Of a DNA stretch of 52,121 bases, positions 27,570-36,539 are shown piece after piece. A program made the translations under genes and the position numbers. Within the stretch, counting starts at the first letter, position 1. Every line of letters begins with the position of its first letter. Under the pieces are notes generated by a model. It saw only the letters and a program-made list of their open reading frames with translations, searched no databases and was not told where the DNA came from. This DNA comes from a virus: IMG/VR virus record IMGVR_UViG_3300045988_120717; one strand, written 5' to 3'.

Positions 27570-28214
27570 ATGGCACTTGATGACAACACCGGCATGGCCG
27601 GTAACAGTGTGTCAGTATGGGGATTAATTATTTTCTTCATTCTGTTGTTTGCTATCTTTAGAGGCTGGGGCAACTTTGGCGGTTTTAATAATCAGCCGTT
27701 CCCGCCTAATAACGGTGTAGGCAACGTCGCTGACATCATGGCGCTGGTTGGTGCTGAACATGGTTGCGGGCAGGTTACGAATTGTGAACTCGAGAAGCGT
27801 TCCTTGCTCAACACGGATGCGGTGACTAGCGCAATCCAATCGTCTACTAATCAGCTTGCTACGCAGTCCCGCTTGCAGTACGACACAGCGATGGGTGAAA
27901 AGATGTTTGACTTGAAAATCAACAATCTTGCACAGCAGAACCGCTACGAAACGGCCGCAGCTCTACAGCAGCAGAACTACGAAGCTAAACTCGCTGCTAA
28001 GGACGCAACGATTGAGCGCATGACGCTGGCACAGAATATGACTGCACAGTTTACGACTCTCCAGCATGAAATTGAAGGGATTAAAGCTAATATGCTTACT
28101 AAACCGAACATCACAGGTGTTGGCGCAGTATGCCCCAATGCAGGTATTGTTAATGGTCTTGGCATTGGCAGTTCAATCGGTGGCTATTGCTGTGGTGCTG
28201 GCAGTATAGCTTAA
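27570..28214 (+). CDS. Membrane-anchored protein rich in Gly and Cys.
   Basis: RBS is AAAGGAGG. N-terminal transmembrane segment. The C-terminus is GGYCCGAGS. Confidence 0.45.
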   Translation: MALDDNTGMAGNSVSVWGLIIFFILLFAIFRGWGNFGGFNNQPFPPNNGVGNVADIMALVGAEHGCGQVTNCELEKRSLLNTDAVTSAIQSSTNQLATQSRLQYDTAMGEKMFDLKINNLAQQNRYETAAALQQQNYEAKLAAKDATIERMTLAQNMTAQFTTLQHEIEGIKANMLTKPNITGVGAVCPNAGIVNGLGIGSSIGGYCCGAGSIA

Positions 28215-28254
28215 ATTCAAGCATAGCAAAAGTAGCAGAGCACACATCCGTGCC

Positions 28255-28295
28255 GTACATAGAGGACGGCGTAAATGTCGCCCTCTTTTGTTTTA
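28255..28295 (+). terminator. Rho-independent terminator.
   Basis: GAGGACGGCG..CGCCCTC hairpin followed by a T-run. Confidence 0.5.
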
Positions 28296-28320
28296 TATTT
28301 TATTGAAAGAAGGAATTTAC

Positions 28321-28725
28321 ATGTTACAAGCTCATTCTGGCAATATTGCCGTTACGGCAAATACCAATATAGCGTTTAACAATATTGATGTGGAGACGGG
28401 GTGCGTTGCATTGTTGGCTAATGGTGGCACAGCAATAAAACTTAACCGGCCCGGCATATATCGTGTCGATTTTAATGCTTACGGGTCTAGTACAGAAGCT
28501 GGTTCTATTGGCGCGCAGTTACAAGTAGATGGCGTTAATAGTAATCAGGCTAGCAGTGTGGCCGCAACATCAGCAGGATCGCCACAAGCGATTGGTTTTT
28601 CTACGCTTATTAAAGTTGGCAGATATTGTCCATGCCGCAGCGTAAGCAAGACCGTTAATGTGGTATATACCGGAAGTGCGGGTACACTTACGCTGGCGAA
28701 TATTATCGTTTCAAAGATAGCATAA
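28321..28725 (+). CDS. BclA C-terminal-domain-like protein (C1q/TNF-like fold).
   Basis: Its architecture and its C-terminal ending (TLTLANIIVSKIA) resemble the BclA exosporium C-terminal domain. It has a GIYRVDF (GxYxF) motif. Confidence 0.45.
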   Translation: MLQAHSGNIAVTANTNIAFNNIDVETGCVALLANGGTAIKLNRPGIYRVDFNAYGSSTEAGSIGAQLQVDGVNSNQASSVAATSAGSPQAIGFSTLIKVGRYCPCRSVSKTVNVVYTGSAGTLTLANIIVSKIA

Positions 28726-28739
28726 GGCGGTGACATTAT

Positions 28740-28985
28740 ATGGGTAACTTTTTTGCTGGTATGGTGGCAGGTTTTTTAGCCTTTTCACCAGAAGGTAGAA
28801 ATGTATATGGTAAGGTAATTAAAAATTTGCAGGATAAAATATATGGAGGTGACAGTATTGAACACGACAAATTGGACGATAGAAAAACTTTATCAGCTGA
28901 TAGCGAACCACCAGTTAACCGGAGTGATGTTCCACACGGAAGCGAGCAGATACCTGAAGTTCCTGGGGCTAAAAAACCTTGCTGA
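28740..28985 (+). CDS. Small hypothetical protein.
   Basis: It overlaps the next ORF, and its 3' extent is uncertain. Confidence 0.25.
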   Translation: MGNFFAGMVAGFLAFSPEGRNVYGKVIKNLQDKIYGGDSIEHDKLDDRKTLSADSEPPVNRSDVPHGSEQIPEVPGAKKPC

Positions 28986-29433
28986 GCTACAGCATAACCA
29001 GGCACTAGACGAATGGCAGGACCTGGAATGTACCGAAGACACGTATTTACAATGGCATGAGCTAATGCTTGTACCTGCCGCAGAAAACTACGATAAGCTG
29101 ACACCAGCGGAAGCCTTATCTACTAAAGTACAAACGGTGGGTCGCGAGTTTAAGCGTAAAACCCTGTCACACTTTATGGAGCGCTGGGCTGATTGGGAAA
29201 ACGAGACAGAGGTATTATATAGTACGGCGGTTAAGTGGTGTATTGAAAGCGGTTGTGCGGACATGCTGCACTTCAAAAAATTACTTTGTGACGTATGTAA
29301 AGAAAAAACTCGTCTTACCTTTTTGCGGGATAAGATGAGCTTGTCTGACTGGGATTTAGTAGCTAGTGAAAATCTTGTCTACGATTTGTCTACAGATGAA
29401 AGTAAAACCGTAGGAAATCACAAAACAGTTTAG
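28843..29433 (+). CDS. Hypothetical protein.
   Basis: 196 aa. RBS is GGAGGTGACAG. Confidence 0.4.
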   Translation: MEVTVLNTTNWTIEKLYQLIANHQLTGVMFHTEASRYLKFLGLKNLAELQHNQALDEWQDLECTEDTYLQWHELMLVPAAENYDKLTPAEALSTKVQTVGREFKRKTLSHFMERWADWENETEVLYSTAVKWCIESGCADMLHFKKLLCDVCKEKTRLTFLRDKMSLSDWDLVASENLVYDLSTDESKTVGNHKTV

Positions 29434-29529
29434 ATTACTGTTATTGTGATAATTCTAGTTTGACATAAAAGGAAAGCCCCTTTAAAATAGTATGTAGTAT
29501 CACGTCTAATACTAGTATATTATACGACA

Positions 29530-29620
29530 TATGACCGTTAACCTTTATACAATCAAGGCTGACGGTCATATTTTTTACAGTTTGTCTACAATTTGTCTAC
29601 AAAGCAGGCTTGTCTACATC
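29530..29620. other. Candidate attP: an 8-bp inverted repeat plus three arm-type direct repeats.
   Basis: ATGACCGT, then 23 bp, then ACGGTCAT. TTGTCTACA occurs three times at the 3' end of the integrase gene. Confidence 0.4.
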
Positions 29621-30802
29621 TTTTTCGTGTAAATGTTCAGTGATGTCAGCAACCTGCTTTTGCATTAAGTCAGTATTATGTGTATAGAGATTTTCGGTTA
29701 TAGCTGTTGACTTGTGACCTAATCTTGCTGCTACACTTTTTGGTGATGCCATGTTTTCAATTAAGCGCGTGGCGTGGGTGTGTCTAAAGGAATGACTGTT
29801 AAATCCGTTTTTGCGCAGAGCTTGGGAAAAAGAGTCACGGTTAATAAGTTTCCCGTCTGGACGAGTACAGACTAATCTAATGCGCTGGCAAGAAACAGGT
29901 GGAGTTATGCCTTTTGAGTATTGTACTGCAAAATCGTTTTCGTTGGAGAAAACATATACATAAGACAAACCCGCTTTCAGTTCGTACTGCTTTTGTAAGT
30001 TTGACCACTTATGTAGAATACCCACGGTTAATTTATCAAGCATAATTGAACGCTTGCTGGTATCAGTTTTTAAAGACTGGAACTTAAAACCAGTACCCGG
30101 AATATATATCAGCTGTTTCACTATGTCAATTCTACTAGTATCTAGGTGTACATTATCCCATGACAGTCCTAGCAGCTCGCCTAACCTTAAACCGGTATAG
30201 TAGGCTAGAATTATGGGAATGTGGTAGCTGCTGCCAAAAGGAAACAAAGTTAATAGCTTATTAAGGTCACTGCTGGTTATGATATAGCGTTTCACTACCT
30301 GCTTTTTGGCGCGTTTAGGTATTTTTATAGCAGTACTCGCATTATAACTTATCAGTTCCAATGGGTATACAGCATAAGTTAGAGCATTACTTAGGACCGT
30401 TTTTATATTCTGAATTGTGCGATACGCTTTATTTTCGTCGTCACACAGTTTACGGAAAAACAGGTCAATGTCACGTGGCTTTAACTCTTGTAAAAGTATA
30501 TTACCTAAGTATCGGTTGACACTTTCGATGGCTGCATTATAAGTTTTAACGGAGTTTGGCTTTAAGTCCTTTTGATGAAGGTTAAACCATTTTTCAAGAT
30601 AATCCCGTAAAAGTATCTTGTCACTAGTCAACCCGATATTACCGTTTTTCCAATCGGTATAAGCAGCTGCACCAGCAGTAAACGCTTCCTCTTTTGAGCT
30701 GAAACCGCCTTTTTCTTTCATACGGCGTTTACCGTCAGGACCGGGCTCAATGTCAAAACTATAACTCCATGTTTTACCGCGTTTTCTAGTTCGTACGGCC
30801 AT
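29597..30802 (-). CDS. int: Tyrosine integrase.
   Basis: 401 aa. It has the C-terminal catalytic R...HxxR...Y motifs (HSFRHTHATRL...LGHKSTAITENLYTH). Confidence 0.85.
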   Translation of the reverse strand: MAVRTRKRGKTWSYSFDIEPGPDGKRRMKEKGGFSSKEEAFTAGAAAYTDWKNGNIGLTSDKILLRDYLEKWFNLHQKDLKPNSVKTYNAAIESVNRYLGNILLQELKPRDIDLFFRKLCDDENKAYRTIQNIKTVLSNALTYAVYPLELISYNASTAIKIPKRAKKQVVKRYIITSSDLNKLLTLFPFGSSYHIPIILAYYTGLRLGELLGLSWDNVHLDTSRIDIVKQLIYIPGTGFKFQSLKTDTSKRSIMLDKLTVGILHKWSNLQKQYELKAGLSYVYVFSNENDFAVQYSKGITPPVSCQRIRLVCTRPDGKLINRDSFSQALRKNGFNSHSFRHTHATRLIENMASPKSVAARLGHKSTAITENLYTHNTDLMQKQVADITEHLHEKDVDKPAL

Positions 30803-30894
30803 TTAAGCGTCACTCCTATCAATTTTTTATTCGTATATAGCAAATTTGAGTATTTGAAAAGGTGTATCTTTTGTGATACACCTTTAGATGATTA

Positions 30895-31185
30895 TTAATT
30901 ATTCAAAATGTCCCACTTATATCCGCAGTCAAGGCATTTTCCTACCAACTTATTCATTCCGAAGAATCCAGCCAATAAGCCGATACCACCTGTAAATAAA
31001 CCCAAAACAATGCCTCTAACCAAGGCAAAGCCTCTCTTGTTTATAGTAATATTGTAAGAATGGCATTGGGGGCAATTAGGCATTGACTTGTCTACGCTAT
31101 TCATTATCGAGACGGTAGCTTCTCCACAGTTAAGGCAGAACTTAGCATCATTAGGCAGTTCTTTTCCACAACTTTTACAGAACAT
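30895..31185 (-). CDS. Zinc-ribbon membrane protein.
   Basis: Three CxxC pairs followed by a transmembrane segment. Its ATG overlaps the upstream gene's stop codon (TGATG). The RBS is GGAGGG. Confidence 0.5.
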   Translation of the reverse strand: MFCKSCGKELPNDAKFCLNCGEATVSIMNSVDKSMPNCPQCHSYNITINKRGFALVRGIVLGLFTGGIGLLAGFFGMNKLVGKCLDCGYKWDILNN

Positions 31186-32582
31186 CAAGCTCCCTCCTTT
31201 TTGGTATGGGCGTTCATCTGTTGCCAAAGTTTTTCGCTTTCTCGGAACTGTTCAGCATCCGCGGTTTCGATGAAATCTACGCTGCCATCGAAATTTTTAT
31301 TTATAGTATCTTTTATCTCATCAAGCGAAACTCTAAAAAATTCCCGCCTTGTATTTACCATATTTACTTTTCTGTTCTCAAAGGCTTTGTGGATAGCTGC
31401 TTCCAACTTTGGAGCGTTGTCGCTGAAAATCATAGCGTGAATATCGAAGCCGAAAGGTACCGAGGCGTCTCCAAGTTCGCGTACTCTATCCATCGGGTCC
31501 AGTCTGCGCGTCATGCCTATCTTATAAACACCTTCGCCAAAAGAACCGATATTTGATATAACGTAGACATAGCCAGCTTTTTGATTGCTTTCGCGGTAGT
31601 CTATATCAGCAATATGCTTTTCTACCTGCTCCGCCTGTTCTTCAAGCTCACTTAGTTTTTGCACAAAAACTTCCTTATCATCAGAAGTCTTTGCGCTGGC
31701 TATTTTTTCCTTCATTGCAGAGATAGCATTTTTGTAATGTGTCTGTTCTTTTTTGATCTTCCTGCGAGCTTCTTCAATTTCTTTTTTCAGCCGGGCTTCT
31801 TCACGCAGCTGCTCCCGTAGCATACGCTGTTCTTCTTTTTCTTTTTGCTTCATCTGCTTATACTCAAAAGCAAGATGAAGTTCTTTTATTTTTAAATCAA
31901 AATATTCATAATTGATGCTAATGCTCATGCATCGTCCTAGTTTGTCTATGGCTTCTTTTGCAGATTCAATACGTTTTTTGTATGCGTCGAAATTATTATA
32001 CTTTACTTTAGCAGTCAAATGTTCACATTCGCCGTTAAAAGCACGAAGAAGTAGTTTTGAAATGTCGCGCACCATCTTTTTACCTTCAGCAGTACTTCCA
32101 TTTACTACCCAAGTTTGTGTTTTTGAAATGGCAGATCCATTTTTTATTAAAGCTTTTTGATTGCTGCGAATTTTATCAAGTTCTTCTTTGTATCGGTCTG
32201 AATTTACAAAATCATACATAGGTTCATAAAGCGATACATTTTGCAAGAGGACTTTTTCATCAAGTTCAATAAGAGCGCCCTTTTTTATACTCAATTCGTC
32301 CTCTAATGATTTGAGACAGTTTTTATTTACATCGAGTGTTTCTTTTAGAGACTTTACTTGATGTTCAAGATCTTGTTTACGTTCAGCAATGCTTGCGGTA
32401 GCTTCGTCAATTATATTTTTAGCATTTATTCCTGCTTCTGATATGATGGTATCGGCTTTTTTTTTAGCATTGTATATAATATGATTTGATTCTTCTTTCA
32501 GTTGAGCAGTTTCTTTTCGCATAGCTTGCAATTCTTTTTCTTCTGGGGTAGTAAGCCCTAGTAAGTTTCGTAACCATGACAT
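31185..32582 (-). CDS. DUF4041-like coiled-coil protein with a C-terminal domain that resembles T5orf172 (GIY-YIG-related).
   Basis: 465 aa. There is a long coiled coil, and the C-terminus has the motif GYVYVISN...YKIGMTRR...R. Confidence 0.55.
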   Translation of the reverse strand: MSWLRNLLGLTTPEEKELQAMRKETAQLKEESNHIIYNAKKKADTIISEAGINAKNIIDEATASIAERKQDLEHQVKSLKETLDVNKNCLKSLEDELSIKKGALIELDEKVLLQNVSLYEPMYDFVNSDRYKEELDKIRSNQKALIKNGSAISKTQTWVVNGSTAEGKKMVRDISKLLLRAFNGECEHLTAKVKYNNFDAYKKRIESAKEAIDKLGRCMSISINYEYFDLKIKELHLAFEYKQMKQKEKEEQRMLREQLREEARLKKEIEEARRKIKKEQTHYKNAISAMKEKIASAKTSDDKEVFVQKLSELEEQAEQVEKHIADIDYRESNQKAGYVYVISNIGSFGEGVYKIGMTRRLDPMDRVRELGDASVPFGFDIHAMIFSDNAPKLEAAIHKAFENRKVNMVNTRREFFRVSLDEIKDTINKNFDGSVDFIETADAEQFRESEKLWQQMNAHTKKEGA

Positions 32583-32612
32583 TATTCAATTAACACCTAC
32601 TTGTATTTTATT

Positions 32613-33017
32613 TTAATTTGGTCTCCATTGCAGCATTATTGCTTTTACCATCTTCTTACCACAATATTCAATGTGACTTTTGAGATAAAATCGTTTACCA
32701 ATTAAAATCAGTACAAAAGTCGCTGCGAGTACAATCGCCGATAATGTTGGCACATTTAAAAAATCGGTCGTTTTGACTAAGCTAGTTGCTGACTTAATGT
32801 GGCTGTCCCACGTATACTCTGTGTCCGATTCTATGTCCGCCGATTCAGCGATGCTTACGATGGATGCAGGGAGATAGTCAGACAAGTCAGGGATATTCCG
32901 CAGCGTGAAGCCGGTCATTCCGACAAAGATGAGCGTGAAGATGAAGAAAGTCTTTAATGCTGTTTTATTTATATTTATAATTCGTTTTTTCAATTGGTAT
33001 TGCTCCTTAGTCTGCAA
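32613..33017 (-). CDS. Hypothetical membrane protein.
   Basis: TTG start with two transmembrane segments. The start is uncertain. Confidence 0.35.
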   Translation of the reverse strand: MQTKEQYQLKKRIININKTALKTFFIFTLIFVGMTGFTLRNIPDLSDYLPASIVSIAESADIESDTEYTWDSHIKSATSLVKTTDFLNVPTLSAIVLAATFVLILIGKRFYLKSHIEYCGKKMVKAIMLQWRPN

Positions 33018-33120
33018 TGACTATACGGACAATTCTACCATCGATTATTATGTAGTAGACATTCTCCATGTGGCAACACCCCTTTATAATGTATTTTCAA
33101 CTGCTAGTTAGCAGATTGAA

Positions 33121-33579
33121 TCACACGTTATAACCGCAGGCGCGGAGGGTGAAAAGAACTGAATTTTTTATATGGAGCTTTGCTTCCGGCGACAAAGGCT
33201 TTTTGTTTTCTTTGTCGCCAAAAAACTTGCCGTCGATTATCTTAAGAACATCAGGACGGTCAGCAAATATTTCATCCATCAGACCGCTTTCAGATTTAGC
33301 ATCGGCGGGTACGACTGATACTTCTGAAATATTCGGTGGTTTGTCAAGTTTTTCATTTTCTTCAGAAAGTAACGCTTGTACAGGAACATGAAAGAAGCTG
33401 GCTATTTTTTTTATCTTGTCTATTTTGGGAATATTAGTACCTTTTACCCAAAAATTAACCGAAGCCGTAGAAACACCAACATAATCCGCTAAGTCTTTTT
33501 GAGTTTTATCCTTTGTTTCTAATAAATTACGCAAGTTTTTAGAAAATATGGTATCTTTAGGATTTTTTAGTTGTGTCAT
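33121..33579 (-). CDS. CI-like repressor with an XRE helix-turn-helix and a C-terminal domain.
   Basis: N-terminal HTH_XRE. It is divergent from a cro-like gene. RBS is AAAGGAGG. Confidence 0.65.
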   Translation of the reverse strand: MTQLKNPKDTIFSKNLRNLLETKDKTQKDLADYVGVSTASVNFWVKGTNIPKIDKIKKIASFFHVPVQALLSEENEKLDKPPNISEVSVVPADAKSESGLMDEIFADRPDVLKIIDGKFFGDKENKKPLSPEAKLHIKNSVLFTLRACGYNV

Positions 33580-33863
33580 AGTACCGCCTCCTTTCTATTT
33601 TGATTATATAGGATGTCTTTATAATTAGCAATAATAAAACTAAAAAAATATTAATTTTATTATTGACATTAAGTTAAAATTAAGTTATTATTTAACCATG
33701 CTTAAAAACTTAATACATCCCGTGAATATTGTGGCGGGAGACTAAAAGAGCTGGCTGTGGTCAGCGAAACAGGCAAAGTTGCTGAAAGGCGATAGAGACT
33801 TGCATTAATCCCATATAAGGGGGCGAGCCTAGTCAATGACTAATAATTTTGGAGGTAAAACTA
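33580..33863. promoter_or_regulatory. Immunity switch region with back-to-back promoters, an operator inverted repeat and a long cro leader.
   Basis: Minus strand: TTGCTA, 17 bp, TATAAT. Plus strand: TTGACA, 17 bp, TATTAT. The inverted repeat is AATAATAAAA, then 15 bp, then TTTTATTATT. The 5' leader of about 165 nt carries small hairpins. Confidence 0.5.
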
Positions 33864-34058
33864 ATGTTAAAAATTAGTTTGAAAGCCGCTAGGGTTAATG
33901 CTGGTTTAAGTCAAATTGATGTTTGCAAAGCGTTAAAAAAAACGCCACAAACAATAGTCAATTGGGAGAACGGCAAAACCAAGATTGATTACGGCAATCT
34001 TGAAGCACTCTGCAGGCTATATAATATAGACCGTAAGTATATTTTTTTACCATATTAA
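33864..34058 (+). CDS. Cro-like XRE helix-turn-helix protein.
   Basis: RBS is GGAGGTAAAACTA. The HTH segment is LSQIDVCKALKKTPQTIVNWENGK. Confidence 0.55.
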   Translation: MLKISLKAARVNAGLSQIDVCKALKKTPQTIVNWENGKTKIDYGNLEALCRLYNIDRKYIFLPY

Positions 34059-34096
34059 TTAAGTTTACTTAATTAATATACAGGGGGAATTAATTT

Positions 34097-34837
34097 ATGG
34101 AAAACTTGGTGAAAATTGAAAATCAGCAGATTGTAACGGATAGTCGTCAAATTGCTGAAAACTTTGGAAAACAGCACAAGCATGTAATCGAAGCCATCGA
34201 AAATATCAAAGCCGAAAATTCGGCTCTGACAAGTTTCTTTTACGAGGGGACATATAAAGCCGGCACGGGCAAGTCTTACAAAATGTACTTAATGAACCGT
34301 GACGGTTTCACATTGCTGGCAATGGGCTTCACTGGCAAACAGGCTTTAGAGTGGAAACTCAAATATATCAAGGCTTTCAACGAAATGGAAGCTGAGTTAA
34401 AAGCCAAGCAGGAGCCGAAGTCGCAAATTGACATTCTTGTTGAGAGTGCCAAGGCATTGCAACGGCAGGAGCGAGAGTTAGCACGGCTTAAGCTGACGCA
34501 GGAAGAACAGGCTGAGAGCTTGCGAATTGTCAATTCCCGCATGGACACGCTGAACGGTGTCTGTACAGAAGGTACAAAGCGGCAGAAATTAGTTGCGATG
34601 GTTCAAAAGTATGCCATCAGTAACGGCTTGGCATTTAATCGAGGATGGCATGACTTCCGTCAAGCTTACAACACAGCTTTCCACACCAATCTGAGAAATT
34701 CACAGAACTATTACTGTGAAAAACAGGGGATCAAGAAAATCAGCACGCCTGACTTCCTAGAGCGTAAGGGCTATCTTGATGACGCAATGCGCATTATGGA
34801 TAAGCTGCTGGCACAGAGAGAAACATTACTGAACTAA
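34097..34837 (+). CDS. Rha-family phage regulatory protein.
   Basis: The N-terminal segment IVTDSRQIAENFGKQHKHVIEAI is Rha-like. Confidence 0.55.
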   Translation: MENLVKIENQQIVTDSRQIAENFGKQHKHVIEAIENIKAENSALTSFFYEGTYKAGTGKSYKMYLMNRDGFTLLAMGFTGKQALEWKLKYIKAFNEMEAELKAKQEPKSQIDILVESAKALQRQERELARLKLTQEEQAESLRIVNSRMDTLNGVCTEGTKRQKLVAMVQKYAISNGLAFNRGWHDFRQAYNTAFHTNLRNSQNYYCEKQGIKKISTPDFLERKGYLDDAMRIMDKLLAQRETLLN

Positions 34838-34862
34838 AAAAGCCCCCAAGCGGGGGCACAGC
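34838..34862. terminator. Bidirectional terminator.
   Basis: AAAAAGCCCCC-AAGC-GGGGGC hairpin. Confidence 0.55.
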
Positions 34863-34873
34863 CTGTCAGATGT

Positions 34874-35092
34874 TTAGCGGTTGATTTCAGGGTTGTCGGT
34901 GCGACCGACTAAGTAATCAATGGAGACGTTGAAGTTATTGGAAATGTCAATAAGTACAGTGGCAGACGGTACGACTTTTCCGTACTCATAACGTTGGTAC
35001 AGTGATTCAGCTACATCAATGCTGGACGAGATTTGTTTTTGGGTCAGTTTGAACTCTTTGCGAAAACGACGCAAGCCATCAGATAGAGTCAT
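34874..35092 (-). CDS. XRE helix-turn-helix regulator, copy A of the minus-strand paralogue.
   Basis: ATG after GGAGGTTGA. Carries the motif LTQKQ...YQRYEYG...IDYLVGRTDNPEIN. Confidence 0.55.
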   Translation of the reverse strand: MTLSDGLRRFRKEFKLTQKQISSSIDVAESLYQRYEYGKVVPSATVLIDISNNFNVSIDYLVGRTDNPEINR

Positions 35093-35195
35093 AGTATCAA
35101 CCTCCATAAAAAAGATTGACACGACATAAATGTGGTGTTATATTAATAACAACACAACAAATATGTAGTGTTAAATACAAAAGGAGAGGAGCGAC

Positions 35196-35399
35196 ATGAG
35201 GAATCAAGCACTTATAGAAGCTCGCCATAGGGCGGGGCTAACACAAAAGCAGGTAGCTGACCACATAGGAATAGCAGAAGTCAGCTACCAGCGGTTGGAG
35301 TATGGACAGAAACCGAGCTTACGGACGGCAATCCGTATTGCGGATTTACTGAACATACTGGATTTAAGGACGCTATGGGGCGGCAACCTCACAGCGTGA
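35196..35399 (+). CDS. XRE helix-turn-helix regulator, copy A of the plus-strand paralogue.
   Basis: Preceded by TTGACA, 17 bp, then TATATT. RBS is GGAGAGGAG. The motif is SYQRLEYG...LWGGNLTA. Confidence 0.55.
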   Translation: MRNQALIEARHRAGLTQKQVADHIGIAEVSYQRLEYGQKPSLRTAIRIADLLNILDLRTLWGGNLTA

Positions 35400-35454
35400 C
35401 AGGCTGTACTTTCATTGTAGCAAAGGTACAGTAATGATAAAAGGAGATTTTTTT

Positions 35455-36294
35455 ATGACTAAACTTGAATGTTTTAATTCGGCTGAATTTGGAACAGTCA
35501 GAACGGTAACTATCGGCAATGAACCTTGGTTCGTTGGTAAAGACATAGCAGATATTTTAGGGTATCGCAATCCTAACGAAGCCATTCAAGACCATGTAGA
35601 TGATGAAGATAAATTCATCCGCTCCGCAAGGGGTAGCGAAATGCTAAAACTCTTTAGTTCGCTAAAGGAAATGCAAGAAAAGCTGGGTAGGCAAGATAAT
35701 TGGTTTATTTCTGAATCCGGTGTTTATTCGTTGGTGTTCAGCTCAAAGCTCCCGACCGCAAAAAAGTTCAAACGCTGGGTAACGAGTGAAGTGCTCCCAG
35801 CTATCCGCAAGCATGGTGCTTACATGACGGAGGACACAATCAAAAAAGCCCTGCAAGAGCCTGACTTTATTATCAAGCTGGCAACAGAGCTGAAAGAAGA
35901 AAAGGAAGCTAGAAAAACGGCAGAGCTTGAAGTTGCGCAGAAGTCGCAAATCATAAACGAGCTGAAACCGAAAGCTGACTACACCGACCGCATATTGCAG
36001 AGTAGTTCCTTAGTAACTATCACTCAGATAGCTAAGGACTACGGCATGAGTGGTAAAAAAATGAATAGCCTGCTTCACGAGCTAAAGGTTATTTACAAAA
36101 TGGGTAGTCAGTGGCTTTTGTACAGCAAGTACCAAGCTAAAGGCTATACCCATAGCGAAACCGTCAACATCGAGCACTCGGATGGACGTTCTGATGTAGT
36201 CATGAATACTAAGTGGACGCAGAAGGGCAGGTTATTCCTGTATGAGTTGCTTAAGAAAAACGGCACATTGCCACTTATTGAGCAGGCTGCATAG
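35455..36294 (+). CDS. Antirepressor with a Bro-N N-terminal domain.
   Basis: The sequence FGTVRTVTIGNEPWFVGKDIADILGY is Bro-N-like. RBS is AAGGAG. Confidence 0.65.
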   Translation: MTKLECFNSAEFGTVRTVTIGNEPWFVGKDIADILGYRNPNEAIQDHVDDEDKFIRSARGSEMLKLFSSLKEMQEKLGRQDNWFISESGVYSLVFSSKLPTAKKFKRWVTSEVLPAIRKHGAYMTEDTIKKALQEPDFIIKLATELKEEKEARKTAELEVAQKSQIINELKPKADYTDRILQSSSLVTITQIAKDYGMSGKKMNSLLHELKVIYKMGSQWLLYSKYQAKGYTHSETVNIEHSDGRSDVVMNTKWTQKGRLFLYELLKKNGTLPLIEQAA

Positions 36295-36308
36295 GAGGGC
36301 AAACATGC

Positions 36309-36533
36309 TCAAGCAGCTTTGTAATTGATGATGGCGATTTCTGTTAGTGATTTTTCCATAGCAGCTACGATCTTTTCCAGCTGCTTGGCGACCTCACGAC
36401 TGTAAGACACTTCGCCACACTGCGTGCAGACTTCCGAGGGAACATTTCGCACGATGACGATGCAGTGCCCGAGGTCAACGGTAAAGGTAGTGAGTTTGTT
36501 TTCTAACGTGCCTTTGCACAGGAAGCAGGTCAT
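36309..36533 (-). CDS. YgiT-type (MqsA-like) zinc-finger antitoxin.
   Basis: MTCFLCKG...VRNVPSEVCTQCGE matches the family consensus. Confidence 0.6.
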   Translation of the reverse strand: MTCFLCKGTLENKLTTFTVDLGHCIVIVRNVPSEVCTQCGEVSYSREVAKQLEKIVAAMEKSLTEIAIINYKAA

Positions 36534-36539
36534 TTTGAA

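Noticed and set aside
33700-33860. tRNA or another known ncRNA in the cro leader.
   Set aside because: No cloverleaf or T-loop (GTTCGAATC-like) signature was seen. Only short hairpins are present, so I describe it as a possible structured leader.
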